The position numbers and the translations under genes were made by a program. The notes below the pieces were generated by a model. The model saw only the letters and a program-made list of their open reading frames with translations. It did not search any database and had not been told where the DNA came from. From Thermodesulfobacteriota bacterium (GTDB lineage: Bacteria; Desulfobacterota_D; UBA1144; Nemesobacterales; Nemesobacteraceae), in the NCBI GenBank assembly GCA_965202785.1, contig OZ241855.1, positions 269,793 to 333,792 on the forward strand: a stretch of 64,000 bases of DNA. Reading direction: 5' to 3'. This document shows positions 62,776 through 64,000 of the stretch, one piece after another (positions within the stretch are counted from its first letter, which is position 1; the number at the start of each line of letters is the position of its first letter).

Positions 62776-62955
62776 ATGTTCGGACAATTCGGCATATGGG
62801 AATTAATCCTGATACTGGCAATCCTGCTCATAATCTTCGGTCCGAGCAGGCTTGGAGATCTGGGGTCTTCGCTCGGCAAGGGAATAAGCGGGTTCAGAAA
62901 ATCTCTAAAAGACGACGACTCAGACAATAAGGAAGAGGGACAAAGCGACACCTGA
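62776..62955 (+). CDS. tatA: twin-arginine translocase subunit TatA/E (59 aa)
   Basis: MFGQFGIWELILILAILLIIFGPSRLGDLGSSLGKGISGFRKSL. Confidence 0.8.
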   Translation: MFGQFGIWELILILAILLIIFGPSRLGDLGSSLGKGISGFRKSLKDDDSDNKEEGQSDT

Positions 62956-62970
62956 TCAGAAACCCTCTCC

Positions 62971-63465
62971 TCAATCCTTTATCTTCTCCGCAAGTTCCAC
63001 AAGCACTCCGTTCGTTGACTTGGGATGTATAAAGGCAACTTTACAGTTGTAAGATCCGGGTCTCGCATGTTCATCGATCAGCCTGACACCTTCTTTTTCG
63101 AGGGCCCGGAGAGAAGATTCTATATCGTCCACAAGAAAGCAGATGTGATGAACACCCTCCCCTCTTTTCTCCAGGAATTGCGAAATCGGAGAATTTTCGT
63201 CCAAAGGCTCGATAAGTTCTACCGCAGTGCCCTCTTCCGAGTCGGAGCAAAGCATCGATGTTTTGACCCCATAGTTGACTACGTCCTCCCTGTGGACAAC
63301 CCGAAGCCCGAGTAGTTTGGAATAAATATCCTCAGCCTTCTTGATATCCTTCACTGCGATCGCTACATGATAAAGAAATCCGTTCTTGCTCAACTCAGAA
63401 CACTCCTTTCGGCTAACCCGAACCTCCCTCTCTGGAAATGGCGTACTTTTCGAGAGGGTCTTCAA
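62971..63465 (-). CDS. methylmalonyl-CoA epimerase / VOC (glyoxalase-family) protein
   Basis: YHVAIAVKDIKKAEDIY...GEGVHHICFLVDDIESS; annotated start overlaps the rng end, so the true start may be internal. Confidence 0.75.
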   Translation of the reverse strand: MKTLSKSTPFPEREVRVSRKECSELSKNGFLYHVAIAVKDIKKAEDIYSKLLGLRVVHREDVVNYGVKTSMLCSDSEEGTAVELIEPLDENSPISQFLEKRGEGVHHICFLVDDIESSLRALEKEGVRLIDEHARPGSYNCKVAFIHPKSTNGVLVELAEKIKD

Positions 63466-64000
63466 CCGATTTGAATTTTATCTTTACGCCCCTCTCTCGC
63501 TGGATTCTTCTCATGGACCTTCCTTCTATTTCTCTGAGCTTTGCTATGACCTTCTTGTTGGCCTGCACGACAAGAGGCCCTTCAGCGCTTTGCCTTGTCC
63601 ACTGATCAATATCCCTCAGTATCTCGTAACAGGTGGTATATATCGACTTTATCCGTCCTCTTCCCTCGCAGGTATCGCAGGGTTCGGTCAAGTCGGAAAG
63701 TATACTTTCCCTGACCCTGCGTCTGGTAAGCTGGATTACGCTGAAAGACGATATTTCCTGGATCGTGGTCCTTGCCTTATCCTTTTTCATCTCATCCGTG
63801 AAAAGCGACTCTACTTTCTTTCTGGACCTAACAGACTGCATGTCTATGAAATCGATAACTATGATTCCGACCAGATTGCGAAGCCTTATCTGCCTCGCGG
63901 CCTCAACTGCGGCTTCTTCGTTCGTTTTCATTATTGTTTTCTTGTGAAACTCCTCTCCGACAAGCTTCCCGGAGTTAACGTCTATTACTGTAAGTCCCTC
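63413..64000 (-). CDS. rng: ribonuclease G/E family (Rne/Rng), C-terminal part; gene continues beyond the window end
   Basis: frame stays open to position 64000: ...GLTVIDVNSGKLVGEEFHKKTIMKTNEEAAVEAARQIRLRNLVGIIVIDFIDM. Confidence 0.8.
   Translation of the reverse strand, partial: EGLTVIDVNSGKLVGEEFHKKTIMKTNEEAAVEAARQIRLRNLVGIIVIDFIDMQSVRSRKKVESLFTDEMKKDKARTTIQEISSFSVIQLTRRRVRESILSDLTEPCDTCEGRGRIKSIYTTCYEILRDIDQWTRQSAEGPLVVQANKKVIAKLREIEGRSMRRIQRERGVKIKFKSVEDPLEKYAISREGGSG

Overview
This window appears to be a chromosomal segment of a diderm (Gram-negative-type) bacterium. The diderm call rests on Omp85/BamA-like, BamD-like, TatA, RlpA-SPOR and RseP genes. Protein composition is very rich in Glu, Lys, Ile and Val, which may indicate a thermophile, but that is inference only. 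Most of the window is core housekeeping. Recognisable genes and clusters are gshB; gatCA; rsmI; rpsB-tsf-pyrH-frr; serS; prmA; mtnA; an NSS transporter; panBCD; aroB-trmB-DAHP synthase; purN; the rpsU-dnaG-rpoD macromolecular-synthesis operon; ctpA; uppS-dxr-rseP; purK; trmFO; glyQS; tatA; and a partial rng. Several accessory or unusual spots are embedded in this background. (1) A left-end toxin-antitoxin cluster holds an orphan hicB with a decayed hicA stub, vapBC with an operator, and a HEPN-like ORF. (2) A visibly high-G+C inserted gene encodes an AAA+ DUF234-like ATPase and is preceded by a small zinc-ribbon ORF. (3) An uncharacterised 556-aa protein sits inside a dagK-plsC lipid operon. 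(4) A cytidylyltransferase lies next to a fused (degenerate cytidylyltransferase)-CDP-alcohol phosphatidyltransferase, an IPCT/DIPPS-like CDP-inositol module, directly downstream of panBCD. (5) A solitary 5S rRNA gene sits between rpoD and purN. (6) A lower-G+C two-gene module of membrane-associated proteins (DUF697-like) lies next to a purE gene that is broken by several frameshifts and an in-frame stop, while purK is intact. One tRNA-Ser(UGA) was found. No CRISPR arrays, transposases or integrases were seen.
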